Shown: positions 41,675 through 51,042 of the stretch, piece after piece
Layout of the letters: each line of letters begins with the position of its first letter
Numbering within the stretch: position 1 is the stretch's first letter
From: an uncultured Planctomycetia bacterium
GTDB lineage: Bacteria; Omnitrophota; Gorgyraeia; 2-02-FULL-51-18
Direction: 5' to 3'
Length of the DNA stretch: 64,000 nucleotides
NCBI GenBank assembly: GCA_964606485.1
Contig: CAZSGP010000002.1
Span: 202,766 to 266,765, forward strand
Translations under genes and position numbers: made by a program
The notes under the pieces: model-generated
The model's input: the letters and a program-made list of their open reading frames with translations, nothing else
Told to the model about the DNA's origin: nothing
Database searches by the model: none

Positions 41675-42223
41675 TTAGCGGTGGATTCCTAAAAGATTAT
41701 TTCTGAGTTTCTGGCTTATGGAATGCTCGGATAGCCAGACCCCAAAATAAGCCGACGCAAAATCTGCGCCGTCTATTTCGACCTGCAAGCGGCCATTGTA
41801 ATAAAGAGATGTCTTTCCGCTCATATAGACAAGCTCGTAAACGTCTCCCTTTTTTAAGTCGGTGTACCGCTCATGCAGCCGGTCCATCCGCTCTTTTAAA
41901 ATACTAAAATCGGCCGTAGGGTTATTGCGAATATTTTTTTCAGCAGCCTCAATAAGAGCTTTTTTGGGAATGTCGCGAAGATAGCGGATCACAAGGCGCT
42001 TGGGTGCATCCATCAGCGCTTGACGTGAATCGCGGACCTTAGGATCAAGATAGAACTTCGCTGTGTATAGCTTGAATCCGAAATAACGAAAAGTCCCCTC
42101 CCCAACGAATTTTAATGTCTGGGGAATAGCGCCCTCGGCGTGTAAGTTAGAGCTCTGCGCTGAAAAATAACCCAAAAAAATAAGCGGTGCGAGCCAAATC
42201 AACAGTTTCTTAATTTTTTCCAT
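41675..42223 (-). CDS. Secreted chalcone-isomerase-like fold protein (function unknown).
   Basis: The signal peptide is MEKIKKLLIWLAPLIFLGYFSAQSSNLHA, and the CHI-like segment is FRYFGFKLYTAKFYL. The ATG at 42221-42223 has an SD sequence (GAAGGGGTGG). The track ORF begins from an upstream GTG. Confidence 0.5.
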   Translation of the reverse strand: MEKIKKLLIWLAPLIFLGYFSAQSSNLHAEGAIPQTLKFVGEGTFRYFGFKLYTAKFYLDPKVRDSRQALMDAPKRLVIRYLRDIPKKALIEAAEKNIRNNPTADFSILKERMDRLHERYTDLKKGDVYELVYMSGKTSLYYNGRLQVEIDGADFASAYFGVWLSEHSISQKLRNNLLGIHR

Positions 42224-42336
42224 GGTCCACCCCTTCACCGATTGAGCCACCAGATCGCAAAATTAAGGTAAGCTGCGAAGTCCAAAGAACAAAAAGGACC
42301 ATGCTCCGTTAAGAATGAAAAGAGCTATATCGGCTG

Positions 42337-42379
42337 AAACAACAACACCCCGCTCCCAAGCCGGGAACGGGGTGTTTTT
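42337..42379. terminator. Strong hairpin flanked by T-rich runs on both strands, probably a partial or bidirectional terminator downstream of dnaK.
   Basis: The sequence ACACCCCGCTCCC-aagcc-GGGAACGGGGTGT is a 13-bp stem with 1 mismatch. TTTTT follows on the plus strand and TTGTTGTTT on the minus strand. Confidence 0.4.
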
Positions 42380-42392
42380 AAACCACTTGGAC

Positions 42393-42421
42393 AAGATCCT
42401 TCGCTGCGCTCAGGATGACGG
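42393..42421. repeat. Family A palindromic element, a single inverted unit, 6 nt downstream of the dnaK stop.
   Basis: AAGATCCTTCGCTGCGCTCAGGATGACGG is the reverse complement of the GTCATCCTGAGCGnAGCGAAGGATC unit seen at 9597 and 45775. Confidence 0.5.
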
Positions 42422-42426
42422 TCGCG

Positions 42427-44328
42427 TTACTTATCGTCCTCAACCTTATACTCGGCATCGACAACATCTTCTTTTTTCTCGCCGGCCGATTTTGCGCCTT
42501 CGCCCTCGGCTTTACCCTTGGCGGCCGCTTGTTTGTACATTTCCTCGGCCATTTTGTGAGAAGCTTGCGTAAGTTCTTCTTCGGCTTTCTTAAGAACCGC
42601 AGCGTCCTTAGAAGACAATGCTTCTTTGGCAGCGCCGAGCGCTTTTTGAACTTTCTCGCGGTCTTCGCTTGAGATCTTGTCGCCGACTTCGTTTAAAGAT
42701 TTCTCAGTGGAGTACACCAAGGAATCCAAACGATTGTGCGCTTCAACCGCTTCACGTTTTTTCTTATCTTCTTCGGAATGAGCAGCCGCTTCTTTCGTCA
42801 TCTTCTCAACTTCTTCTTTGCTGAGACCCGATGAGCTTTCGATGCGGATTTTCTGCTCTTTGCCGGTGCCCAAATCTTTCGCAGACACGTGCACAATGCC
42901 GTTGGCGTCAATGTCGAACGTCACTTCAATCTGCGGCACGCCGCGCGGAGCGGCGGGAATGCCAATCAGATCAAATCGCCCGAGCGTGCGGTTTCCTTCG
43001 GCCATTTCGCGTTCGCCTTGAAGCACGTGTATCGAAACTGCGGTCTGGCTATCAGCCGCCGTCGAAAACACCTGGCTTTTTTTCGTTGGGATCGTCGTGT
43101 TGCGTTCGATAAGCCGCGTGGAAACTCCACCCAGCGTTTCGATACCAAGCGACAACGGAGTAACGTCTAAGAGAAGCACGTCCTTCACATCACCCACGAG
43201 CACGCCACCCTGAATAGCTGCGCCAATCGCAACGACTTCGTCCGGATTCACGCCCTTATGAGGTTCTTTCTTGAAAAGTGCTTTCACAATTTCTTGAACC
43301 TTGGGCATGCGGGTTTGTCCGCCGACCAAAACAACTTCGTCGATTTCTTCAGCCGTCAGTTTCGCATCGGCTAGTGCCTTTTTGCAAGGCGCCATCGTGC
43401 GCTGAACAAGATCGTCAGTTAACTGCTCTAGCTTCGAGCGCGTCAAACTAATCGTCAAGTGCTTAGGTCCCGATTGATCGGCCGTGATAAATGGCAAATT
43501 AATTTCGGTTTGCGCGTTGGATGACAACTCGCACTTGGCTTTTTCCGCGGCTTCTTTTAAGCGCTGAAGCGCCATGCGGTCTTTGCGCAAATCAATGCCT
43601 TCTTGTTTTTTAAATTCGTCAGCGAGCCAATCAATAACTTTTTGGTCAAAGTCGTCTCCGCCCAAATGCGTATCGCCATTGGTGGACTTCACCTCAAACA
43701 CGCCGTCACCGATTTCAAGAATGGAAATATCAAATGTTCCACCCCCGAGATCATAAACCGCGATTTTTTCGTTCTTCTTTTTATCAAGACCGTACGCGAG
43801 AGCTGCAGCCGTCGGTTCGTTGATAATGCGAAGCACTTCCAAACCCGCGATTTTTCCGGCATCTTTAGTGGCTTGGCGCTGAGCGTCATTAAAATACGCT
43901 GGCACCGTGATCACGGCCTTCGTGACTTTCTGACCCAAATAATCTTCGGCGGTTTGTTTCATTTTTTGCAAGATAATCGCCGACACTTCCGGGGGCGTGT
44001 GCTCTTTGCCTTGAACCTTCACGCGAACATCTCCGCCGGAGCCTTCCACCACTTTGTACGGAACGAGTTTTTCCTCGTCCAATACTTCGTTGTGGTGACG
44101 ACCCATGAAGCGCTTGATCGAAAATACGGTATTTTCAGGATTCGTGATCGCCTGACGCTTGGCTGGCTGACCCACTAAACGCTCGCCCGATTTTGTAAAA
44201 CCAACCACGGACGGGGTTGTGCGCACGCCTTCGGCATTTGCAATCACCACCGGTTCTCCGCCCTGCATGATGGCCACGCAGGAATTCGTCGTTCCTAGAT
44301 CAATCCCAATTACTTTATCTTGTGCCAT
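42427..44328 (-). CDS. dnaK: Chaperone DnaK (Hsp70).
   Basis: 633 aa. The Hsp70 signatures [10 protein letters not shown] and DLGGGTFD are present, along with a C-terminal EEVD-less acidic tail. Confidence 0.95.
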   Translation of the reverse strand: MAQDKVIGIDLGTTNSCVAIMQGGEPVVIANAEGVRTTPSVVGFTKSGERLVGQPAKRQAITNPENTVFSIKRFMGRHHNEVLDEEKLVPYKVVEGSGGDVRVKVQGKEHTPPEVSAIILQKMKQTAEDYLGQKVTKAVITVPAYFNDAQRQATKDAGKIAGLEVLRIINEPTAAALAYGLDKKKNEKIAVYDLGGGTFDISILEIGDGVFEVKSTNGDTHLGGDDFDQKVIDWLADEFKKQEGIDLRKDRMALQRLKEAAEKAKCELSSNAQTEINLPFITADQSGPKHLTISLTRSKLEQLTDDLVQRTMAPCKKALADAKLTAEEIDEVVLVGGQTRMPKVQEIVKALFKKEPHKGVNPDEVVAIGAAIQGGVLVGDVKDVLLLDVTPLSLGIETLGGVSTRLIERNTTIPTKKSQVFSTAADSQTAVSIHVLQGEREMAEGNRTLGRFDLIGIPAAPRGVPQIEVTFDIDANGIVHVSAKDLGTGKEQKIRIESSSGLSKEEVEKMTKEAAAHSEEDKKKREAVEAHNRLDSLVYSTEKSLNEVGDKISSEDREKVQKALGAAKEALSSKDAAVLKKAEEELTQASHKMAEEMYKQAAAKGKAEGEGAKSAGEKKEDVVDAEYKVEDDK

Positions 44329-44339
44329 TTTTGGCCTCC

Positions 44340-44846
44340 TTAAATTTTTTGCGCCACTCGGACGCGGCTTGGCCGAATTAAGCGGCCGTTTAACGTGTAA
44401 CCTTTTTGAACTTCATCCACTATCGAACCTTCTTTAATTTTATCGGTCGGCTCAACCGCAGCAACAGCTTCGTGCCATTGCGGGTCAAAATGTTCGCCGG
44501 CCGTCTTAATCACTTCCACTCCGTGCTGTTCTAAAACTTTATGAAGCTCGTTTTGCGCAATCGTAAGACCGTCTTTTACTTTTTTGGGGTCATGTCCGCC
44601 ATCAAAATAGCCCATCGCCCGGTCAAAATTGTCGACGGCATTTAAAATTTCCGTCAGAACCCGTTCGTTGGCGTACCGGATCGCGTCTATTTTGTCGCGC
44701 TCTAAACGCTTCTTGGTATTCTCAAAATCTGCTCGAAGTCTCAACATCTCTTCCCGGACCTCTTTAATCTTTTCAGTCTCGAGCTCCTGAGGAGTCGGTG
44801 TTGGCTGCTCAACTTCATTTTTTTCTTCTTCATGCTTTTTTGACAT
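44340..44846 (-). CDS. grpE: Nucleotide exchange factor GrpE.
   Basis: 168 aa, with GrpE family similarity (coiled-coil N-terminus and a C-terminal beta domain). It lies between hrcA and dnaK. Confidence 0.85.
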   Translation of the reverse strand: MSKKHEEEKNEVEQPTPTPQELETEKIKEVREEMLRLRADFENTKKRLERDKIDAIRYANERVLTEILNAVDNFDRAMGYFDGGHDPKKVKDGLTIAQNELHKVLEQHGVEVIKTAGEHFDPQWHEAVAAVEPTDKIKEGSIVDEVQKGYTLNGRLIRPSRVRVAQKI

Positions 44847-45667
44847 TAAAATCTCCGCATCATTTCAGTCACGGTGTCCGCCACATAATCCACCACCGAA
44901 ACCGCCTTTTGGTAGCGCATGCGCGTCGGCCCTACCACCGCTACCCCGCCAATCGTAACGCCGCCCATGCTGCAATCTTTCATCACCAAACTCACATCCC
45001 CGAGCTCATCGACGGAGTTCTCTTCGCCAATATGCACACGGACTCCGGTTTGCTCGCCTTGCAAGTCGCGGTCTAAAATTTCAAGTAAATGTTCTTTCTC
45101 GTCAAACTCTTGAAGCAAAATTCTCATCTTGGCCGCATCACGAAACTCCGGCTGTTCGAATATTCTAAAAATACCCTCAATCAAAATACCGGGCTCTTCT
45201 TCAAAGTAATCCATCAAATGCTGGGCTTGCGCCAACTGCTCAAGCATTTGTGAAAGAACCGACGCGCGGCGAAGCTCCTTCAGATAGACGATGGCCGCAT
45301 TCGCCGTTAACGTGGATACTACTTTTGAAATTTTGTGCGTGAGCCCCTCTAGACTACGAACACTGGAAAGTTCTTTTTCAATCCACTGTTTTTCTTCATC
45401 CGTCAAACCTTCGGGTTCCATCAGCCGGTCCACAAAGTAGCGGTAACCACGGTCGGTTGGGATACGCCCCGCCGACGTGTGTGGCTGGCGAATCAAACCT
45501 TCATCTTCCAGATCGGCCATCACATTTCGAATAGAGGCCGGGGATAAACTCACCCCACGACCCTTCGAAATGGTTCTTGAACCAACCGGCTCAGCCGTTT
45601 CGACATAGGAATGAACTATAATCCCAAAAATTTTATCTTTTCTGGAATCCAGCTCGCTCTGCGGCAT
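44846..45667 (-). CDS. hrcA: Heat-inducible transcription repressor HrcA.
   Basis: 273 aa. It has an N-terminal winged HTH (EPVGSRTISK...SPASIRNVMADLEDEGLI) and a HrcA C-terminal domain. A CIRCE operator lies immediately upstream. Confidence 0.9.
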   Translation of the reverse strand: MPQSELDSRKDKIFGIIVHSYVETAEPVGSRTISKGRGVSLSPASIRNVMADLEDEGLIRQPHTSAGRIPTDRGYRYFVDRLMEPEGLTDEEKQWIEKELSSVRSLEGLTHKISKVVSTLTANAAIVYLKELRRASVLSQMLEQLAQAQHLMDYFEEEPGILIEGIFRIFEQPEFRDAAKMRILLQEFDEKEHLLEILDRDLQGEQTGVRVHIGEENSVDELGDVSLVMKDCSMGGVTIGGVAVVGPTRMRYQKAVSVVDYVADTVTEMMRRF

Positions 45668-45701
45668 TGTTTCTCCTCTTAAAAAACGTCTTTTTTGATT
45701 A

Positions 45702-45728
45702 CTAGCACTCTAACTTAATGAGTGCCAA
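45702..45728. promoter_or_regulatory. CIRCE operator (HrcA binding site) in the hrcA leader.
   Basis: CTAGCACTC-taacttaat-GAGTGCCAA compares with the consensus TTAGCACTC-N9-GAGTGCTAA. It has a 9-nt spacer and lies between the -10 box and the RBS (AGGAGA) of hrcA. Confidence 0.8.
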
Positions 45729-45733
45729 CTAGT

Positions 45734-45761
45734 AGTCTAGCATTATTTCTTTTTTTGTCAA
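45734..45761 (-). promoter_or_regulatory. Sigma A-type promoter of the hrcA-grpE-dnaK operon.
   Basis: On the minus strand: TTGACA at 45761-45756, a 16-nt spacer, then TAGACT at 45739-45734, followed by CIRCE, the RBS and the ATG. Confidence 0.5.
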
Positions 45762-45772
45762 TACTCCACAAA

Positions 45773-45856
45773 CGTCATCCTGAGCGTAGCGAAGGATCCT
45801 GTCTGCATGGGTCGCCTAGAAAAGATCCTTCGGCAAAAAAACGCCTCAGGACGACG
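45773..45856. repeat. Palindromic intergenic element, family A copy 3.
   Basis: CGTCATCCTGAGCGTAGCGAAGGATCCTGTCT...AGAAAAGATCCTTCGGCAAAAAAACGCCTCAGGACGACG has the same architecture as 9596-9678. It lies between the ppd stop and the hrcA promoter. Confidence 0.6.
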
Positions 45857-45868
45857 ATCTTGAAGCAA

Positions 45869-46966
45869 CTAGTTTAAAGCTTCTCGAAAATTGTCAGCGA
45901 TTTGCTCAGAGCTGTATTTTCCCGAAATTCGAGGTATTTCAGGTGTGGGAAGGTGGTTGATTTTAACCCTCAGAAAGGATGGGCCTGGCGTGGTGAGCAA
46001 TTTTTGAAGGCTCGCTTCAAGCTCCGCTTCGTTCTGAGCCTCTAAAGTTAACTTATAACCCGCGGCCTGAGCCATCACCTTTAAATCCGTTGTGCCAGAA
46101 GTCGTGTCTTGGTCCCCTGTCGTTTCATAAGATTCATTATCCAAAACAATGTGTGTCAGATTTTTGGGTTTATAGTGACCGATGGTTGATAGAATTCCTA
46201 AATGCATTAAAATTGCCCCGTCGCCGTCTAAAATCACCACTCGTTCGTTTGGCTTGGCGAGTGCTACTCCTAGTCCAATCGACGCCGCGTGGCCCATCGA
46301 CCCCTGCATGTAAAAATTCCGTGGGCGATCCGCTTCGCTAAAAAGTTCCCGAGAGGGTTTTCCGGTGGTGGCAATCACCGCTTCATTATTTTTAAAGTGT
46401 TTAGCGATGATTCGAATCGCATCGATGCGTTTTAAAGGATATGCGGAAGCAACCGGTGTGCGTCCATACTCTTCGAGCGTATCCTTTTTGACAAAGAAAA
46501 AAAATGGGAGCTTGTTTTTTTGGATCCACTCCGCAGCCTCGTCAAGCGCTGCGCCAAAGGCCGCTGCGTCAAGCGGCATATCGCGGTGCTTTACTCCCAT
46601 GGCATCAAGCACGGGTCCCATCGTCTTTCCGATGATCTCATGCTGAGGCTCGTCCTTCACGCCGTAAGCTCTGCCACTCATAAAAATAAGCACGGGGATT
46701 TTGTAAATCATATTGAGTGAGGTGAGCGGATTCACAAGATTGCCAAATCCGGAATTTTGAATCATCACTACCGTTGGACTTCCGGCCATCGCGGCACCCG
46801 ACGCGAGTGCTAACGCTGAGCCCTCATTCGGAACAATGGTGTAGCGTAAATCCCGATCGTCAATGACGCGATTAATGGCCGCCTGAAAAAAAGAACACGG
46901 GACTCCCGTGAAATTTTTGTAGTTGCGCTTTTTTAAGGCCGAGACAAAATCATCCGGCGAGATCAT
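45869..46966 (-). CDS. ppd: Phosphonopyruvate decarboxylase (ThDP-dependent).
   Basis: About 365 aa from MISPDDFVSALKKRNYKNFTGVPCS, which is the typical Ppd/sulfopyruvate decarboxylase N-terminus. The ThDP-binding region is ILDGDGAILMHLG. The ATG at 46964-46966 overlaps the pepM stop (ATGA). The track ORF carries a spurious N-terminal extension. Confidence 0.7.
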   Translation of the reverse strand: MISPDDFVSALKKRNYKNFTGVPCSFFQAAINRVIDDRDLRYTIVPNEGSALALASGAAMAGSPTVVMIQNSGFGNLVNPLTSLNMIYKIPVLIFMSGRAYGVKDEPQHEIIGKTMGPVLDAMGVKHRDMPLDAAAFGAALDEAAEWIQKNKLPFFFFVKKDTLEEYGRTPVASAYPLKRIDAIRIIAKHFKNNEAVIATTGKPSRELFSEADRPRNFYMQGSMGHAASIGLGVALAKPNERVVILDGDGAILMHLGILSTIGHYKPKNLTHIVLDNESYETTGDQDTTSGTTDLKVMAQAAGYKLTLEAQNEAELEASLQKLLTTPGPSFLRVKINHLPTPEIPRISGKYSSEQIADNFREALN

Positions 46967-48582
46967 TTTTTGGTGTTTTGAAGAAAGTAAGAATCGACGC
47001 GGCGGTAATCTTCTTCGGAATGAATTTCGGACCAACCGTGCTCAATTTCCATGCCGCGCACTTCCACGCCCTGGTCGATGGCAGCCTGAACCCACTCGTT
47101 CACGTCTATGTCTTTTTTCCAGAGCTTTGAAAGCGCCTCAATCCCTTTTTCTTTCACAAGCAGCAATCCAATGAATTCATGTGTCGCTTTGGATTTGTCG
47201 AGTTGTTGGCCAACTTTAAGAATGGGTTTAAAAATATTGGCATCGAGCCTGCGCGAGGTTGCCGCCTGTGCCGGCTCACTGACTTGAACCAAGTCTAACT
47301 TCTTATCGCGCGCTGGAAGCGTCTTGTAAGCGCGGTCGATTACGAGCGTCACGGGATACGGACTGTCCAGAAGGTATTCCACGATCTGCTGATCGAAAAT
47401 AATATCCGAGTATGAGATAAGGCAGTTTTTCTTAAGGAAATCCTTGGCGAGCATAATCGTTCCGACATTGCGCGTAGACGCGTAGTCTGCATTTTGGCGG
47501 ATTTGCGCTTCAACTTTAATTTGGTCAAAGTGCTTCCCGCCGATCACGCAAACATCTTTGACTCCCGCGGCGCGAAGGATACCAACCTGGCGTTCGATCA
47601 GCGGCTTTCCCCCGACCAAAAGCATCGAAATGGGTTTTCCGTTTAAAATATTTTTAAGTCCGGCTTGCGATTCATGATCACCGGCCGCCGGAATAATCGC
47701 TTCAATGGATTCACGACGATCAAATTTCTTTTCATCCTCTTTTAAATTAAACATTCCTTGCAGTTCAAAAATTTCTTTCATCGAGGCAATTTTGTTTTCA
47801 ACGGTGGCCGTTGATTTTTCCTGGGCAATCGCCTTAAACGTTTCATCCATGGCCTTCACCGAAGCGCGTAAACCTTGATTCGCGTAAATCACCATCTTGA
47901 AACGGTTTTGGGCAAGCACGTCGCTCGTGACATTCGGAAACATCGTCGGGATCACAACGAGCGGGATATTTCCATTCCACTTCTTAGAAAATTCAAACAC
48001 TTCGTCGGGCGTGGACTGCTTCGAGTGAATCACAATTCCATCCGCCCCCGCTTCCGAATACGCGTACGCGCGGCGAAGCGCTTCTTCCATGCCCCATCCG
48101 GCGATCAGCGCCTCAACACGGGCAAACACCATAAAATCGGGATTAGCCTGGGCGGTCTTCGCGGCCTCAATTTTTCCCATGAACTCTTCAATCGACGCGA
48201 GCTCCTGACGTCCCGGGATAAAACTATTCACCTTTGGAAAAAGTTTGTCTTCAATCACGACAGCAGCAATCCCCGCAGCCTCGTATTTCTTCACCATGTG
48301 AATCACGTTGGAAGCATTGCCATAACCCGTGTCGCAGTCGCAAACCACCGGCAAATGCGTGGCTCCATTAATAGATGAGGCAACTAAAAGATTATCGGTC
48401 ATAGTGAGAATATTCGCGTCCGGCACGCCATGCGAGGCCGAAATTTCAAGGCCGCTCGCCCACACGCCGTCAAAGCCGTGGCGCTCAATGAGCTGCGCGC
48501 CGAGTGCGTGATGCGCACCGACAATGCGTAAAATGGACTTAGTTTGAAAACTTTGGCGAAGGTTTTTAGATTTATTCTGCAT
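46963..48582 (-). CDS. pepM: Bifunctional phosphoenolpyruvate mutase (PepM) with a C-terminal nucleotidyltransferase (cytidylyltransferase-like) domain.
   Basis: 539 aa. Residues about 15-290 have the PEP mutase/isocitrate lyase fold (GAHHALGAQLIERHGFDGVWASG, CDCDTGYG, EDK). Residues about 300-539 form a nucleotidyltransferase Rossmann domain (AIIPAAGDHESQ...LLVGGKPLIE). Confidence 0.7.
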   Translation of the reverse strand: MQNKSKNLRQSFQTKSILRIVGAHHALGAQLIERHGFDGVWASGLEISASHGVPDANILTMTDNLLVASSINGATHLPVVCDCDTGYGNASNVIHMVKKYEAAGIAAVVIEDKLFPKVNSFIPGRQELASIEEFMGKIEAAKTAQANPDFMVFARVEALIAGWGMEEALRRAYAYSEAGADGIVIHSKQSTPDEVFEFSKKWNGNIPLVVIPTMFPNVTSDVLAQNRFKMVIYANQGLRASVKAMDETFKAIAQEKSTATVENKIASMKEIFELQGMFNLKEDEKKFDRRESIEAIIPAAGDHESQAGLKNILNGKPISMLLVGGKPLIERQVGILRAAGVKDVCVIGGKHFDQIKVEAQIRQNADYASTRNVGTIMLAKDFLKKNCLISYSDIIFDQQIVEYLLDSPYPVTLVIDRAYKTLPARDKKLDLVQVSEPAQAATSRRLDANIFKPILKVGQQLDKSKATHEFIGLLLVKEKGIEALSKLWKKDIDVNEWVQAAIDQGVEVRGMEIEHGWSEIHSEEDYRRVDSYFLQNTKK

Positions 48583-50818
48583 AATTAAACGGCTCGTATT
48601 TTACCACAGACCCATCGGAGATCAATTGAACAGCACCCTTTTCATCGGTGCGCAAAACCTGACTTCCCGGGAGCGCTCCTAAAACCGAAAGCGCTGCTAA
48701 ATTGGGATGATGGTATCGATTGCGCTCGCCAACACTCACCGTGCTGACTAGCGGATGCACTGCCTGAACAAACCGAACTCCAAAATCTTTTAGCTTTGCT
48801 CCGTGATGCGGCGCTTTCAATACCTCAGCGCTCAATTCCGTTTTGGACTCAAGTATCGATCGCATAGCCTCTTCTTCAATATCACCCGTCAGAAGAAAAT
48901 CGGTGTCCCCATAACTCAATTTCAAAACCACAGAATCATTGTTCACATTTTTTGCATGAATTTTAGGCTGCGGGTTAAACACAAGAATAGAAATATCTTT
49001 AAACCCATTTATTTTTTCCCCGGCAAAAACAGAGTGCCGCTCGGCGCCTTCTTCCGCGATGAGTTTATTCACGCGCTCGTAAAGCTCGGAGGGGTAATCG
49101 GACCCGCCGTCGATTACCGCACGAATTTTAAATTCCTTAAGGATAGTTTCCATTCCTCCAATGTGATCCGCTTGTGGATGGCTCATCACAAGCGCATCAA
49201 TGTCGCGAATTCCTTTCAATCTTAAAAAAGGTGTGACCGCAAGCCTCCCTTGATCGGGGTCAGGACCCATTCCCGCATCGACAAGCATATTTCCCCCATT
49301 GGGGAACTCCAAAAATGTGGCGTCTCCCTGCCCCACGTCGATGGCCGTCATCCGGAAAGAGCGCCCAAAATGACGCGTCACCTCTTGAACCATAAATACA
49401 TTTGCACAAAAAAGAATCAGGATGATCGCGCGAGCAATTCGATTCTCTATATGCTTTGTCACGACAATAAAAATGATCCCGACACAAAGAATCGCCCACA
49501 GAGCCCAATTTAATTTTCCGGAAATAAAATATGCTCCGGGACAATTTTCAAGCACAACCAGCGCCTTAACGAGAAGGCTCATCAGCACTTTTGAAGCGAG
49601 CGGGAGAAACATCAAAAACTTGGGCACCCAAGCAAGCGTTAAAAAATAAATAAATCCGAGCAAAAACAGTAGAAACGAAATAGGAACCACGACGAGATTC
49701 GCTAAAAGCGAGGATGGGCTCACGATATAAAAATTTTGCACCGTCACCGGAAGCGTTGCGATTTGACACACAAACGAAAGCCAGAATAATTCTTTGAGAT
49801 AACTTCCGGACTTCTCAAATAAATTTAACTTTTCCCCAGGCAAGAGCCTAACAGGCGCGGTGAATCTCGGTAGAATAACGGCGATTGCGAATACCGCAAG
49901 AAAGGAAAGCTGAAAACCCACATCAAAAACCTGTCTTGAGTTCACTGCCAAGATAACGAGCGCGGCGAGCCCGAGCGAATTTAAAAGATCGGCCCGCCTT
50001 CCGAGTAACTTTGAAAAAATAAGCACCGAGGCCATCACCGATGCGCGGATCACCGGTGCTTGAAAACCCACGATGAGACAATAAAACCAAACCGCAAAGA
50101 GAACTATCCAGAGTCTTGCGTAAATGTGAACCGGAAAGGGTTTGAGCATCCACAGCACAGCGAACACCAAAAACCCTACGTTGAATCCACTCACCGACAA
50201 AATATGTAAAGTGCCCGTCTTCATAAAAAGATCACTCAAGGACTCTTCTAGCCCGCTTCTCTCACCCAAAAGGAGCGCATTTAAAAATGCTGCTTCGTCT
50301 TTTGGAAAATTCCGCTTTAGACTTTGAGAAAATTTCTCTCGAAGCGCTAGCGCTTTTTCACGAAGCCAAAAACCCTTGTGACGCGCCAAGATTTTAGATT
50401 GAACATTTTTTTCACCGAAAAAGATCCAGCTCACTCCGTTATTGGAAAGATACGCCCTATAATTGAACCCACCGGGGTTTCGCTGACCCCTCGGCACTTG
50501 AATTGAGCCGAGCGCCGCGATTTGATCACCATAAGAAAAGCTTTCTTTTTGATTCTTCAAAAAAACTTTAACGCGGCCCCTTGGATTTGCAGACTCTAAA
50601 ACAAAAGAAACCTTTTGTTCACCGTAGCGGCTTCTCTCGCGCTCAACCTCTGAAACAATTTTCCCCGCAAGGTAAAATTTTTCAGCATTGGCAATCGGCA
50701 CGAGTCGACTAGGGATAAAAGCGTGGAAAGACGCAGCGCTGATTGCGCAAATAATGGCCATATAAAACAGCGGACGCGCTGAAAAGGATTCAAACAGAAT
50801 GGATTTGAGGCGGGACAA
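48572..50818 (-). CDS. comEC: DNA internalization competence protein ComEC/Rec2 (polytopic membrane domain plus metallo-beta-lactamase domain).
   Basis: 748 aa. It has many transmembrane helices and a C-terminal MBL motif context (IDVGQGDATFLEFPNGGNMLVDAG...HPQADHIGG). Confidence 0.8.
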   Translation of the reverse strand: MSRLKSILFESFSARPLFYMAIICAISAASFHAFIPSRLVPIANAEKFYLAGKIVSEVERERSRYGEQKVSFVLESANPRGRVKVFLKNQKESFSYGDQIAALGSIQVPRGQRNPGGFNYRAYLSNNGVSWIFFGEKNVQSKILARHKGFWLREKALALREKFSQSLKRNFPKDEAAFLNALLLGERSGLEESLSDLFMKTGTLHILSVSGFNVGFLVFAVLWMLKPFPVHIYARLWIVLFAVWFYCLIVGFQAPVIRASVMASVLIFSKLLGRRADLLNSLGLAALVILAVNSRQVFDVGFQLSFLAVFAIAVILPRFTAPVRLLPGEKLNLFEKSGSYLKELFWLSFVCQIATLPVTVQNFYIVSPSSLLANLVVVPISFLLFLLGFIYFLTLAWVPKFLMFLPLASKVLMSLLVKALVVLENCPGAYFISGKLNWALWAILCVGIIFIVVTKHIENRIARAIILILFCANVFMVQEVTRHFGRSFRMTAIDVGQGDATFLEFPNGGNMLVDAGMGPDPDQGRLAVTPFLRLKGIRDIDALVMSHPQADHIGGMETILKEFKIRAVIDGGSDYPSELYERVNKLIAEEGAERHSVFAGEKINGFKDISILVFNPQPKIHAKNVNNDSVVLKLSYGDTDFLLTGDIEEEAMRSILESKTELSAEVLKAPHHGAKLKDFGVRFVQAVHPLVSTVSVGERNRYHHPNLAALSVLGALPGSQVLRTDEKGAVQLISDGSVVKYEPFNYAE

Positions 50819-50939
50819 TGTGAAGCTCCACTCGGTCGCGACAGTTGAGATAAAAATTAAGTACGGCGAGCACTAAGAAAACTAACAGTAGGGCGCTAAT
50901 GACTCGTCGCTCGATCATGTTTAGCCTATTTGTTGCTAT

Positions 50940-51042
50940 CTGAGTTGACGGGTCCTGCCGGCGGTTGCCCAGCCCGTGCTCGGCGTCCTGCGGCAGCCTG
51001 CGCGCGGATCTGGGCGCCCACCGCCGTCACCCGTAAACTCAG
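50940..51042. repeat. GC-rich imperfect palindromic element, family B copy 2, in inverted orientation relative to copy 1.
   Basis: Its reverse complement contains GGGTGACGGCGGTGGGCG...CAACCGCCGGCAGGACCC, which matches 4001-4096. The outer stem CTGAGTT/AACTCAG differs from copy 1 (CCGACTGAT/ATCAGTCGG) but stays complementary, so the changes are compensatory. The right arm overlaps the leuS stop codon at 51039-51041. Confidence 0.6.

Noticed and set aside
42315-42572. A plus-strand 85-aa ORF containing LRCAQDDG.
   Set aside because: It is a translation artefact of the family A palindromic repeat and the dnaK 3' end.
46967-47035. An N-terminal extension of the ppd ORF.
   Set aside because: It overlaps the pepM 3' end. 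An ATGA stop/start overlap at 46963-46966 gives the canonical Ppd N-terminus.
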